A stretch of 64,000 nt of DNA from assembly GCA_028708605.1 (NCBI GenBank), contig JAQVYS010000002.1, positions 82-64,081 on the forward strand. The letters run 5' to 3'. The number at the start of each line of letters is the position of its first letter. Within the stretch, counting starts at the first letter, position 1. Shown piece after piece: positions 21,235 through 31,253 of this stretch. This DNA is from Bacillota bacterium. GTDB lineage: Bacteria > Bacillota > DTU065. Under the pieces are notes generated by a model, which was given only the letters and a program-made list of their open reading frames with translations, was not told the origin of the DNA and searched no databases. The position numbers and the translations under genes were made by a program.

Positions 21235-22482
21235 TTACAGCAAGTCTTTTATGTCTAATCTATGCTCTAAAATCTCTAAGCATTCCCCAACTAGATAAAA
21301 AGAACCCACTAATGCTGTCAGCTTTGAGCTATCTAATGCACACGACAATGCCTCCTCCAAGTCTTGACAAACTTGATACGGAGTTTCCTGAAAAACAGCA
21401 GCTAATTTTTCTGGTTCTATTGATCTTTTATTAGCTATCTTGGGTAAATATACCTTCTCAAACAAGCCATCTAGTAAATTAATCATGGCTATATAGTCTT
21501 TATCGTCCATGCAGGCAAAGATGAGCTTAGAACCTAGATTTACTTCCTTAAAGAACTCAACGAACTTTGCTATCGCCTCTTGGTTATGGGCGCCGTCAAC
21601 GAGAAGATTGATTTTAGGAAAATACTGAAGCCTGCCAGGCCAAGAGGTCTTTGTAAGAGAGTCTGAAGATATTTCAAGGCCTAGGTGCTTTATGGTTAAA
21701 AGCGCAGTCAGGGCATTTACTCCCTGGTGTCGTCCTAAAAGCGGTAACACGCCTTGAAAACCAAGCTTTGGTAGAGTCACTCGAGATGGTTCTAGCCCAT
21801 TTAACTCCATCTCTACAGGTAGATATTCACGGGCAAAGACCACCTGTGCACCTCTTTTTTTTGCCTCTTCCACAAAAACTGCCTCAATATCTGCTGTCAA
21901 AGGAGCGATTACAGCTTTTTTATTCTTCTTTAATGTCCCCGCCTTTTCTTTTGCAATTGATACTAAATCATTGCCAAGAAGCCTGACATGGTCTAAACCT
22001 ATCGATGTTATTACCACTATCTCAGGGTCAACAATATTTGTAGCATCTAACCTTCCTCCCAGACCAGTTTCCCAAATGATATAGTCTGGCTTGTTAGTTT
22101 TAAAATACAAAAGAGCAACCAAAGTTAACTGTTCAAAATAACTTAGTCCTAGCTCCGTTAACCTGCTTAACGCATAGAGCTTACTGTATATTGAAGCAAA
22201 ATCTGCGTGAGAAATATTGGTAGTTCCTATACTAAGGCGTTCTGTTAAATCTACAAGATGAGGTGAAACAAATCGTCCTACCTTAAAGCCTAATTGTTCT
22301 AGTCCTGATTTAATTAAGGCACCTGTTGATCCTTTACCATTAGTCCCTGCAAGATGAATGAATTTTAGGCCCCTTTCGGGGTGACCAAGTATCTCTAGAG
22401 CACTTTCCATTCGCTCTAAGGTTGCTTCCCTTGGAAAATGTTGGCTTTGATTTAAAGAAAAAACTGCTTCTTGGAAGTCCAT
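21235..22482 (-). CDS. folC: bifunctional folylpolyglutamate synthase / dihydrofolate synthase
   Basis: Mur-ligase fold with a P-loop (GTNGKGST). 415 aa, adjacent to valS as in Bacillus. Confidence 0.85.
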   Translation of the reverse strand: MDFQEAVFSLNQSQHFPREATLERMESALEILGHPERGLKFIHLAGTNGKGSTGALIKSGLEQLGFKVGRFVSPHLVDLTERLSIGTTNISHADFASIYSKLYALSRLTELGLSYFEQLTLVALLYFKTNKPDYIIWETGLGGRLDATNIVDPEIVVITSIGLDHVRLLGNDLVSIAKEKAGTLKKNKKAVIAPLTADIEAVFVEEAKKRGAQVVFAREYLPVEMELNGLEPSRVTLPKLGFQGVLPLLGRHQGVNALTALLTIKHLGLEISSDSLTKTSWPGRLQYFPKINLLVDGAHNQEAIAKFVEFFKEVNLGSKLIFACMDDKDYIAMINLLDGLFEKVYLPKIANKRSIEPEKLAAVFQETPYQVCQDLEEALSCALDSSKLTALVGSFYLVGECLEILEHRLDIKDLL

Positions 22483-22541
22483 AGGTTCAAGTTCCCTTCT
22501 CTGCTACTAAGCCCGGGAAAACCCCGGGCTTTTAAACACTA

Positions 22542-25166
22542 TTATATAAGTTCTTTAAGTCTTACTACGAGTTTCTCGCGTTTGATCTCATAATCCTTCA
22601 GCTTTTCTTGTTCTTTTTCAACTACTTCCTTAGGAGCTTTAGCGACAAAGCCTTGATTATTTAGTTTAGACTGAGCTCTTTTTATTTCGTTTTCCATGTT
22701 TTCTATCTCTTTTTTGATACGAGCACTCTCTTTGTCTAAGTCGATCATATCCTGCAAAGGTAGATATGCAGTTACTCCAGATACAACAGCGGTTACTGCC
22801 TTTTCAGGTTTGGTACCTTCAATCGGTAAAACCTCTTGGGCTTTAGCTAGAGCTTTTAGGTAGCTAATCTGTTCCTCCAAAAGATTACCCTCATAAAGAA
22901 TTCTGATCTCTTTACCAGGTGCAACTCCTAGTTCGGCTCTAATGTTTCTAATTTTAGTAATCAATTCTACAAGCTCATTTATCCCGCGCTCTGCTTTTTC
23001 ATCACTAAATGTTAGAGACTCACCTGGCCAATTAGAAACCATAATGCTATCTCCACTATGTGGCATAGTCTGCCAGATCTCCTCGGTAATAAACGGTACG
23101 TAAGGATGAAGCATCTTAAGTATCGTATCTAGGCTTAGCCAAAGAACATAACAAGTCTCTTCTTTAGCTTCTTGACCCATATTACCATATAGAGCGGGTT
23201 TAGATAGCTCAATAAACCAGTCGCAAAACTCGCCCCAGACAAAGTCATAAAGCAGTCTTGCTCCCTCACCTGTATCGTAGTTTTCTAAGTCTCTTGTAAG
23301 GTTCTCCGAAACCTTCTTTAACCTAGTTAAAAACCAACGATTTGCAAGAAGTTTTGGTTCTTTCTTTTCTGGTATAGTATCTTCTAAGTGCATCAAAGCA
23401 AATCTTGAAGCATTCCAAATCTTGTTCATAAAGTTACGACTAGCCTCGACCTTATCTAGATGAAAACGCATATCATTACCAGGTGCAACTCCGTTTACAA
23501 GAGTAAATCTAAGCGCATCTGCCCCATATTCTGAAATAACCTCTAAAGGATCGATACCATTTCCAAGAGACTTGCTCATCTTTCGACCTAAATGGTCTCT
23601 CACCAGTCCATGAATATAGACATCACGAAAAGGGATTTCTCCCATAAACTCAATGCCCATAAAGACCATGCGTGCTACCCAGAAGTAGATAATATCAAAA
23701 CCAGTAACAAGCACCGATGTAGGATAGAAGTATTTTAGCTCCTCAGTTTTTTCAGGAAAACCCATAGTAGAAAAGGGCCATAAAGCAGAGCTAAACCAAG
23801 TATCTAGTACATCGGGATCTTGAGTTAGGTTTTCAGATCCACACTTAGGGCATTTTGTTGGATCTTCTTTTGCAACAATAACCTCATCGCAATCATCGCA
23901 ATACCATACTGGGATTCTGTGGCCCCACCAAAGTTGTCTGCTGATACACCAGTCTCTAACGTTTTCTACCCAATTTAAATAAAGTTTTGCAAAGCGTTCA
24001 GGGTAGAATTTAATTTTCCCCTCTTTAACTGCTTTTATCGCAGGCTTTGCAAGTGGCTCCATCTTTACAAACCACTGCTTACTAACAAGTGGTTCTATGA
24101 CAGTATCGCAACGATAGCAAGTGCTTACTGCATGGTTAGTGTCTACAACCTTAACTAAATAACCACCAGCTTCTAAATCAGCGAGAACCTGTTTTCTTGC
24201 TTCGTAGCGGTCTAAGCCTTTGTATTTTCCGGCAGCTTCGGTCATTATCGCATCAAAACCAATAACGGTTTCTATAGGAAGATCGTGTCTTCTGCCTACT
24301 TCAAAATCGTTTGGATCATGTCCCGGAGTAATTTTAACTACACCTGTACCAAACTCGGGATCTACATACTCATCAGCGATTATCGGTATCTGTCTTCCGA
24401 CAAGAGGCAAGATAACTTCTTTACCTACTAAATCAGCGTATCTTTCATCATCAGGATGGACAGCTACTGCTGTATCTCCAAGCATAGTTTCTGGTCTTGT
24501 TGTAGCAATTTCAATATATCCAGAGCCATCCACTAGAGGATAGCGTAAATGCCAGAAAGAGCCATCTTTATCCACATGCTCTACTTCGACATCACTTAAA
24601 GCGGTGTTACAGCTAGGACACCAGTTAATAATATAGTCTCCTTGGTAGATCAGGCCTTTTTCATATAGCCTGACAAAAACCTCTCTGACAGCCCTAGAAC
24701 AACCCTCATCCATGGTAAAGCGTTCTCTCTCCCAATCGCAAGAAGAACCCAACTTTTTGAGCTGATTGATAATGGTACTACCATACTTTTCCTTCCAAGC
24801 CCAGACTCTTATTAAAAACTCTTCTCGTCCTAAATCATGGCGGGTAATATTTTCAGTTTCTCTAAGCATCTGTTCTACCTTAATCTGGGTTGCAATACCT
24901 GCATGGTCGGTTCCTGGTATCCAAGTAGTGTTTTTACCATTCATACGATTAAAACGCACAATAATATCTTGAAGAGCATTATCGAGCGCATGACCTATAT
25001 GAAGGTTAGCAGTAACGTTTGGTGGTGGGATAACAACAGAAAAAGGTTCTTTTTGTCCTGTCTTATCTACTTCGCCATGAAAGTAGTTCTTCTCTAACCA
25101 AAAATCATATAAACGATCTTCGACTTGACTAGGATCGTAGACAGTACCGAGATTTTTTTTACACAT
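22542..25166 (-). CDS. valS: valine--tRNA ligase
   Basis: HIGH (NLHIGHAL) and KMSKS motifs plus a C-terminal coiled-coil. The start is trimmed to the ATG of [12 protein letters not shown]…, which is preceded by GAGGAGG. The longer track ORF reads through the T-box leader. Confidence 0.9.
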   Translation of the reverse strand: MCKKNLGTVYDPSQVEDRLYDFWLEKNYFHGEVDKTGQKEPFSVVIPPPNVTANLHIGHALDNALQDIIVRFNRMNGKNTTWIPGTDHAGIATQIKVEQMLRETENITRHDLGREEFLIRVWAWKEKYGSTIINQLKKLGSSCDWERERFTMDEGCSRAVREVFVRLYEKGLIYQGDYIINWCPSCNTALSDVEVEHVDKDGSFWHLRYPLVDGSGYIEIATTRPETMLGDTAVAVHPDDERYADLVGKEVILPLVGRQIPIIADEYVDPEFGTGVVKITPGHDPNDFEVGRRHDLPIETVIGFDAIMTEAAGKYKGLDRYEARKQVLADLEAGGYLVKVVDTNHAVSTCYRCDTVIEPLVSKQWFVKMEPLAKPAIKAVKEGKIKFYPERFAKLYLNWVENVRDWCISRQLWWGHRIPVWYCDDCDEVIVAKEDPTKCPKCGSENLTQDPDVLDTWFSSALWPFSTMGFPEKTEELKYFYPTSVLVTGFDIIYFWVARMVFMGIEFMGEIPFRDVYIHGLVRDHLGRKMSKSLGNGIDPLEVISEYGADALRFTLVNGVAPGNDMRFHLDKVEASRNFMNKIWNASRFALMHLEDTIPEKKEPKLLANRWFLTRLKKVSENLTRDLENYDTGEGARLLYDFVWGEFCDWFIELSKPALYGNMGQEAKEETCYVLWLSLDTILKMLHPYVPFITEEIWQTMPHSGDSIMVSNWPGESLTFSDEKAERGINELVELITKIRNIRAELGVAPGKEIRILYEGNLLEEQISYLKALAKAQEVLPIEGTKPEKAVTAVVSGVTAYLPLQDMIDLDKESARIKKEIENMENEIKRAQSKLNNQGFVAKAPKEVVEKEQEKLKDYEIKREKLVVRLKELI

Positions 25167-25520
25167 TAAAATACCCTCCTCAATAGAAAAAGCCCTCCTA
25201 TCCCAAAGGACGGAAGGCCGTGGTACCACCTTAATTCTTCCCATAAAGGAAGCACTTACGATGCTCTAACGGGCATTAGACGTTGCCGGCTAAATCTCAG
25301 CTCCTCCCTTGGAAGCTTAGAATCTCACCAGACAAAGCTCCGAGGCGACCTTCACAAACTTCCCTTTGGCAGCTTTCACCATCTGCTGCTTCTCTATAAA
25401 AGTTTGGTTTGTTACTCTTCCTCTTCTTCGCCGATCTCATGATATTAAAAATATATCCTATCGATACTGAAATGTCAATTTCTTTTCCTAAACTTCTAAA
25501 TCAAAATTACATGTAATTAA
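25167..25520 (-). promoter_or_regulatory. T-box riboswitch leader of valS
   Basis: The minus strand carries AATTAAGGTGGTACCACGG, matching the T-box consensus AATTAGGGTGGTACCGCGG. A terminator hairpin with a T-run and a GAGGAGG RBS follow it. Confidence 0.65.
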
Positions 25521-25713
25521 AAGCTTTTCTAGCAGTAACAGAGAAAAACAGAAGAGAATATCCACAAAAGAGTACTTAAGATAGAAGAAAAGCTTGCCCA
25601 GTGAGGCAAGCTTAATGCAAGGAGACTAGAGATGAATGTTCAAAATTCCTATTTCGTAAAGGAATTCTGTATTTCTAAGATTGTTAACAGGCGATAACCA
25701 AAAGATCACTGGT

Positions 25714-26901
25714 CTATAGCAAAAATGGTGCGTGCGCCTTACCTATAAAAAGATGATTTGCAAGCTTTTGTGAAGCACTATAGTAATCTGCGAGATTATC
25801 TCCAAGGATCTGAGGATGAGTTCTTGTCGATTTACCGTTTACGTCAATTACATAGAACTTCCCAGTATCCTCTTCTTTTATGACATCAAGAGAAAACTCT
25901 ACATATAGTCCAAAGGCTCGTGAAAGCACAAAATGAACTCTACTTATTAGCTTGCCTAAAGCATCTAAATCTTTTTTAGAGAGAATGTCTGCCCCTTTTA
26001 GGATCTTTTTTGGCGCACTAGTGTACAAAAAGTCCCAACTTGAGGTTCTAGCTGCAAGCGATGCTAGTCTCGGATTTGGATCTGCTAGTACATGGAGCCT
26101 AAAATCGACGGGATCTTCTTCAAGCTTTGTAGGACAAATACCCTTCTGTAGAATATAACTGTTTTTTTCAAGATACCCCAAAAGATTTAAAAACTTTTCA
26201 TTAGTATAGATTGTTAAGCTATTTGAGGTTGAAGAATAGACCAGAATATCAGTCTTTCTTTTCTTTACTACAAAGATGCCTTGGCCAAATGAGCCACGAT
26301 CAGGCTTTAAGTAGAAAAGAACAAATCTACGATAAACTGTTTCAAAAGTGCCGGAGAAAGTCTCCGGCACATCGATACTGTTTTGTTTTAGTACTCTAAT
26401 TACTTCGCTTTTAGAAAATTGAGTTATAGGATTAAAGAAAACCGATCGGGGCAGCTTTAGTTTGTTTTGGGTATGGCTCGGATAGGTGCGATCAAACACA
26501 TAATTTGGCTTTGGCAGGTTCATATAATACCAATTGTCGTTAAAGTAATATCCCTCAATTTTCGCCGTATTTAGTAGGCTTTCATCAAAGACATAGGTTA
26601 ATCCCGGTGTCTTACTTGTAAAGTAGTTTTTAAACTGCTGAGCGTTTATCTCACTTAGCCCTCTAACCATTAGCCCGAGAATAGGGCCTGCACTTATTTG
26701 ACTGCCAAGCTTCGTAACGGTCATCTCTTTGGGATTTGGCATAAAAAAGGATTTAAGGAGGAGTATACCAAACCGTTTTTTGTTAATAACCGGTACTTTT
26801 TCTACTCCCAAATCTAGTTCAAATTCACTGGGGAGCTTTGCCAAAAACGTATCACTTAATTCTAGTTGATTTTTAATCCATCTGCCCCTTATAACCTGCA
26901 T
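25714..26901 (-). CDS. YheC/YheD-family ATP-grasp protein
   Basis: 395 aa. The C-terminal half carries ATP-grasp-like elements (…GQGIFVVKK…, …KFYVIDVNGKS…). The family assignment is from memory of PF14398 and is not verified. Confidence 0.45.
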   Translation of the reverse strand: MQVIRGRWIKNQLELSDTFLAKLPSEFELDLGVEKVPVINKKRFGILLLKSFFMPNPKEMTVTKLGSQISAGPILGLMVRGLSEINAQQFKNYFTSKTPGLTYVFDESLLNTAKIEGYYFNDNWYYMNLPKPNYVFDRTYPSHTQNKLKLPRSVFFNPITQFSKSEVIRVLKQNSIDVPETFSGTFETVYRRFVLFYLKPDRGSFGQGIFVVKKRKTDILVYSSTSNSLTIYTNEKFLNLLGYLEKNSYILQKGICPTKLEEDPVDFRLHVLADPNPRLASLAARTSSWDFLYTSAPKKILKGADILSKKDLDALGKLISRVHFVLSRAFGLYVEFSLDVIKEEDTGKFYVIDVNGKSTRTHPQILGDNLADYYSASQKLANHLFIGKAHAPFLL

Positions 26902-26902
26902 C

Positions 26903-27253
26903 TTAGACGCTTATATAGTAGGTGACAGAAAGCGTACTGACAGATCCAGGATGACCTTCAAAAGTAATTGTTAGATCCTCACCAACAGGACCTCTTAAGG
27001 GACTATGAAAATACCGACTAACAAAAGGCTCTGTCTCAGTATACTCTTTCCAGATTAAAGCACCGCCTTCTGTTGCTATGGTAAGGTCTTTACCCAGATT
27101 ATCAGAAGGTTCATTTGACGCCCAGATTTGAGTTATATGAACTCTTGTGCCTGGAGCTAAGCCTGCAGGGATCACTATTACTGAATTTTCTCCGGTTTGA
27201 CTAGTTGTGGTAACCCCATCGCTTACTGGGCAGCATTTTACTGTTACACCCAA
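26903..27253 (-). CDS. hypothetical small Thr/Ser/Glu-rich protein
   Basis: 116 aa, N-terminal KCCPVSDG, with a predicted beta-rich composition. It is separated by 2 bp from the downstream ATP-grasp gene. Confidence 0.4.
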   Translation of the reverse strand: MGVTVKCCPVSDGVTTTSQTGENSVIVIPAGLAPGTRVHITQIWASNEPSDNLGKDLTIATEGGALIWKEYTETEPFVSRYFHSPLRGPVGEDLTITFEGHPGSVSTLSVTYYISV

Positions 27254-27430
27254 AGCTTTCTACCTCCTTTCAAAATCAATGTATGCAGGTGTCTATTAAT
27301 TGCATCAGGTAGTTTGGCTTAAGTTGCCTTTTTTAGGTTAGCGTTTCTTACTTAAACAGAAACGCTACTTCAAACTAAGAAAAGAACATCTTAATAAAAG
27401 CGTTACCAAGAGGGCTTCTGCTAAGCTTTT

Positions 27431-28405
27431 TTATAATAAGCATCTTTCATATACCTTTACTGTCTCTTCTACCATCTGATCTAAAGAATAATATTTCCCC
27501 ACTAGCTTTCGTGCTGCACTCTGGCATTTTTTTAAATAAGACGGGTCTTTTAGATGTAACAGATCCTGCCAAATAATAGTTTGGGTTGGAACTGCTCCTG
27601 TTAAGCCACTTAGGTCTATATTCTCCACAAATAACTCTCCACTAGTGATAAACCCATAATATCTTTCCCCTAAAACTCCGGAAGCAAGCCCGATTGCCAT
27701 TCCTTCTCTTAGAGCCCTACCACAAGCAAAAATTATATCTACATCTCTTAAAACAGGAAGAATGTTTTCCTGCCAACCAAGATACTCGCAATTTGGTCCT
27801 AAGGGGACTTGGTAATCCGTGGCTACCAATAGCTCTAGTTTAAGAAGAGAAGCCGCCTCTGCTAGCGCCAAAAGGCCAGTCTCTTTTTTCTTACTAAGTC
27901 TTCCTGCATATAAGACCTTTAGAGGACTATTAAGAACCTTAGAGGCTTTTGGGACATATTTTGTAAGGTCGACCCCATTTGTAATTATTACTGTCCTTTG
28001 TTTTACGCTATCTGGTAGACTATCTTTTGTTCTTTTACCGACTGCAATTATTCCATCTGCTTCTTCTAACCGCTTGTCATGTTTTATACCGAGGCCGTGA
28101 ATTGTAAAAACTACTGGAATCTTATACTCTTTCTGCCATTTTAAGACCAGTTGAAAGGTCCAAGAAGAGTGTGCGTGTAACAAATCTACTTTTGGCAAGA
28201 CCTCTCGTGCAGTTTTTCTTGTATATACAGGTATCTGGTTTTCAAGCATAACCTGTCTAAACTCTTTAGCAAGAAGTGGATACTCAGCTTCGCCAAAAAG
28301 CAGGAAAGATACATCAATCCCATGTTTTTTTAATCCTACCCCAAGCTCTAAGCTATGGGTGGTCTGTCCTCCTAGAAATAGTACGTTAACAAGTAACACG
28401 TGCAT
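27431..28405 (-). CDS. glycosyltransferase family 4 (GT-B fold)
   Basis: 324 aa. An N-terminal Rossmann-type domain is followed by a C-terminal GT1/GT4 domain (…VLYAGRLSKKKETGLLALAEAA…, …REGMAIGLASG…). Confidence 0.6.
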   Translation of the reverse strand: MHVLLVNVLFLGGQTTHSLELGVGLKKHGIDVSFLLFGEAEYPLLAKEFRQVMLENQIPVYTRKTAREVLPKVDLLHAHSSWTFQLVLKWQKEYKIPVVFTIHGLGIKHDKRLEEADGIIAVGKRTKDSLPDSVKQRTVIITNGVDLTKYVPKASKVLNSPLKVLYAGRLSKKKETGLLALAEAASLLKLELLVATDYQVPLGPNCEYLGWQENILPVLRDVDIIFACGRALREGMAIGLASGVLGERYYGFITSGELFVENIDLSGLTGAVPTQTIIWQDLLHLKDPSYLKKCQSAARKLVGKYYSLDQMVEETVKVYERCLL

Positions 28406-28783
28406 ATTACCACCTCCCTAAAAGCTATGCATTTTTCTTCTAGAAGAACTATTCTCTTGGTCTTTATTTGCTAGACTACAGAACCATTTATTAATAGTAG
28501 AGTTAGTTTAAGTATAGGGACTTTGTTTTAAGGCAAACTAACTTTGAAACCAAGACAGAAGGACAAAGGATCTATTTAAAGGATTTGCCAGTTTGCATAT
28601 GCCGCTCCTAAATTTTTACCATCGTAGAAACTGAAACTGCTCAATTAACCAAACTTGGTAAAAAAATTACTAATAAGCAGATAACTTGCATACATTTACC
28701 GATTTTGTTTTCCTAGTATGTTTTTTTAAGGGATGCTAAAACTATTAACAGGAAACTACTGTATCAGAAAGGAAGACGACATA

Positions 28784-29329
28784 ATGAAAGCAACTGGAAT
28801 CGTACGTAGGATAGACGATCTTGGCAGAGTCGTCGTACCAAAGGAACTACGTGATTCTCTTAAAATTACCGAAGGCGATACTATTGAAATATTTACTGCA
28901 GAAGATGGAGAGATAGTATTAAAAAAATATTCTCCTATGGCAGAACTAAGTGATATCATGGATAGTTATGCTAATACTTTAAGCAAAGCTGCAGGTACTA
29001 GTGTTATAATAACCGATAAAGATTCTATAGTGGCTTCAAGCAACGTGGACATTGATATTAGTCATAGACCAGTTGGCGATCGTGTTAAACAGGTTTTTGA
29101 TGAAAGAAGAGTCGTAACATTCAAGAGCAACGCGCCGAGCGAAGTAGTCGAGCATCCAGAGTTCGATAGTTTCACAGCAAAAAATTTCGTTATCACACCA
29201 GTAATCTCTCCCGCAGGCGATTTTTTAGGCACAGTCATACTAGCGTCAACAAATGAATTGACCGAATTTGAATCAAAAATCGCGGAAACAGCTGCTAGCT
29301 TCATTGCCAAGCAGGTCGAAGTTGACTAA
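28784..29329 (+). CDS. spoVT: stage V sporulation protein T (AbrB-type swapped-hairpin N-domain plus GAF domain)
   Basis: MKATGIVRRIDDLGRVVVPKELRDSLKITEGD… is the AbrB/SpoVT N-domain, followed by about 120 aa of GAF-like sequence. The start is trimmed to the internal ATG at 28784. Confidence 0.7.
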   Translation: MKATGIVRRIDDLGRVVVPKELRDSLKITEGDTIEIFTAEDGEIVLKKYSPMAELSDIMDSYANTLSKAAGTSVIITDKDSIVASSNVDIDISHRPVGDRVKQVFDERRVVTFKSNAPSEVVEHPEFDSFTAKNFVITPVISPAGDFLGTVILASTNELTEFESKIAETAASFIAKQVEVD

Positions 29330-29339
29330 GAATCTACTT

Positions 29340-29398
29340 ATATCAAAAGGGGCTGTTGCACAATTAACGACTAGTTAGTTGTATAACACCCCTTTTTT
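29340..29398 (+). terminator. hairpin terminator downstream of spoVT
   Basis: AAAAGGGGCTGTTGCAC…GTATAACACCCCTTTTTTTG is an imperfect long stem with a T-run. Confidence 0.4.
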
Positions 29399-29630
29399 TG
29401 TTGTAAATAGAAAAAACGAGCCCTTAACAAGAACTCGTTTCTTGCATAATTTAGTTAGGCAAATCAAGAAACTATACACCAATAGTTATAAATAAACAGA
29501 GTCAAATAATCAATTAGCTTTACCTTCTAGTTTTGAGGTGCTTATTCTTGACGATGACTCAGTTAGACTGCCAAGCCATGTACTAGATGGCCTAAACTAA
29601 GCAAAGCTATATAAAGCATATTCGCCTTTA

Positions 29631-31088
29631 TTAATTATGCCAAGGCAATATGGCTTTTTCCTTATACAAACCCTTTTTAAGCGCCTTTATGTGTCCATCT
29701 TGTACGGAATGAAGAGCAAAATGAACTGTTCCAGACACCACCTTAGAAACTTCATAAGCCTGTCTTGTAAGCTCGAATGGAGTTAGTCCCATAAACGGTG
29801 CAAGACCAGTATAAACTGGTATATTAGGGTTAAGTTTTTGTGCAAATTCCGACATTTTTACGACATAGTCGGTGTCAGTAGAATAGATCATAGGAGCTAA
29901 ATAGTCTAGTAAACCTTCTTCTAGCCAGAGAGCCCAATTCTGGCCTTTACTGGCTTTAGCATGCTCTAGTTCAGGAAAGATTGCTGTAGAGAGAAGAGCA
30001 TTAGGAAACTCTTTTCTGCAGCGTCTAACAAAGCGAGTAATATTATCCTCACGAAACTTGAGCCATAGAGGCCATTCTTTGCTTTGAGGAGTAAGCTCAA
30101 GTGCGTTGAGCCCGGTTTTTTGACGGAAGATTTCTACAGCTTTTTCACTAAAGCTATAGCCTTCTAAAAAGCCAGCTGTTTCCCCATAACGAATATAATC
30201 TAAATGCAAAGCGCTAAACTGGTATTTCTCAAATAGTTCTTTAAAAAGCAGAATTAAAAAATCCTGCACACTATCTAAAGCAGGCTCTAACCAATAAAAA
30301 CCGTGCTCAACATTTGACTTTTCTTTTCCGTCTCTTCTTTTTGCTATCCACTCAGGATGTAGGTCGACAATCGAACCTTTCTTACCAAAACCCCCAAAGA
30401 AGCAGTGCACCCAAGGATGAATCTCTATTCCGTATTTTTCACACTCATCTCGCCAAACGCTAAGAGGATCCCAGCCGTGGTACTCAGGCATCTGCCCTAC
30501 AAGCTTAGAAGGATAAATGGTATAGCCATGATAATAAACCTCTAAAAGAAGGAGATTGAAGCCACCTTCAGCTAGTTTTTGTACTGTCTTTTTGATTTCA
30601 TCTGGGCTAGTTTCTGTCTGTTCGTGCCATATGCCTCTAACTTCAACTTTTTTTGAAGGCAGAGCTGCTAAATACAAGTCTTCCACTTCTTTTCTTGACA
30701 TCTCTATTAAGGTATTTTTAGGTACTAAGTTCTCATTTGCCATTTTAGAGGCTAGAATCTTAGAACCGGATTTTTCAGTCTCTAGATCAGTAATAACCGC
30801 TATTTCGTTTTCTTTTAAGGTGACTTTAGATCCATACCAAAGATTCTCTTGTAGCCACTTTTGTGCCACACCATGACCTGAAAGAATAAACCCGTTTTCT
30901 GGTATCTCATAATTATTAGAACCAAAATCTCGTACAATGCCGTCTTTAACTACAAACTCAGTTCCATACTCGTTAGTCCCTGTAGATGGTTTTCCGTAGT
31001 CTTTAGTATAAACTACAAGCTGATCAGTTCCTCTCCCACCCGGGTAAGGGCTTTCAGTTGGATTTGTGATTACCTTATGTTTTTGCAT
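29631..31088 (-). CDS. glycoside-hydrolase-like family 10 (GHL10 / DUF187, YngK-like) protein with an N-terminal extension
   Basis: 485 aa. The C-terminal 330 aa or so form a TIM-barrel-like region (…GIWHEQ…, …YHGWDP…, …HLDYIRY…) typical of PF02638, and the first 150 aa or so are unassigned. Confidence 0.5.
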   Translation of the reverse strand: MQKHKVITNPTESPYPGGRGTDQLVVYTKDYGKPSTGTNEYGTEFVVKDGIVRDFGSNNYEIPENGFILSGHGVAQKWLQENLWYGSKVTLKENEIAVITDLETEKSGSKILASKMANENLVPKNTLIEMSRKEVEDLYLAALPSKKVEVRGIWHEQTETSPDEIKKTVQKLAEGGFNLLLLEVYYHGYTIYPSKLVGQMPEYHGWDPLSVWRDECEKYGIEIHPWVHCFFGGFGKKGSIVDLHPEWIAKRRDGKEKSNVEHGFYWLEPALDSVQDFLILLFKELFEKYQFSALHLDYIRYGETAGFLEGYSFSEKAVEIFRQKTGLNALELTPQSKEWPLWLKFREDNITRFVRRCRKEFPNALLSTAIFPELEHAKASKGQNWALWLEEGLLDYLAPMIYSTDTDYVVKMSEFAQKLNPNIPVYTGLAPFMGLTPFELTRQAYEVSKVVSGTVHFALHSVQDGHIKALKKGLYKEKAILPWHN

Positions 31089-31253
31089 TTTTAATCCCCC
31101 AGATTATAAATTCCCTACGATTATATCAGATTTTACCAAAAAAACCTTAAAAATAAGCTATCTTTAACTTTGACGCAGATCGCCTTTTCCTTTCTGTTAT
31201 AAAGCGTATTTATAATATTAACGGGAGAGATACTAATCTCTCCCTGCAAAAGG

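Noticed and set aside
25167-25244. N-terminal 26-aa extension of valS ([26 protein letters not shown]) and the 31-aa extension of ilvB.
   Set aside because: Each extension overlaps a T-box consensus sequence and an intrinsic terminator. The conserved protein N-terminus begins at an internal start with a good RBS.
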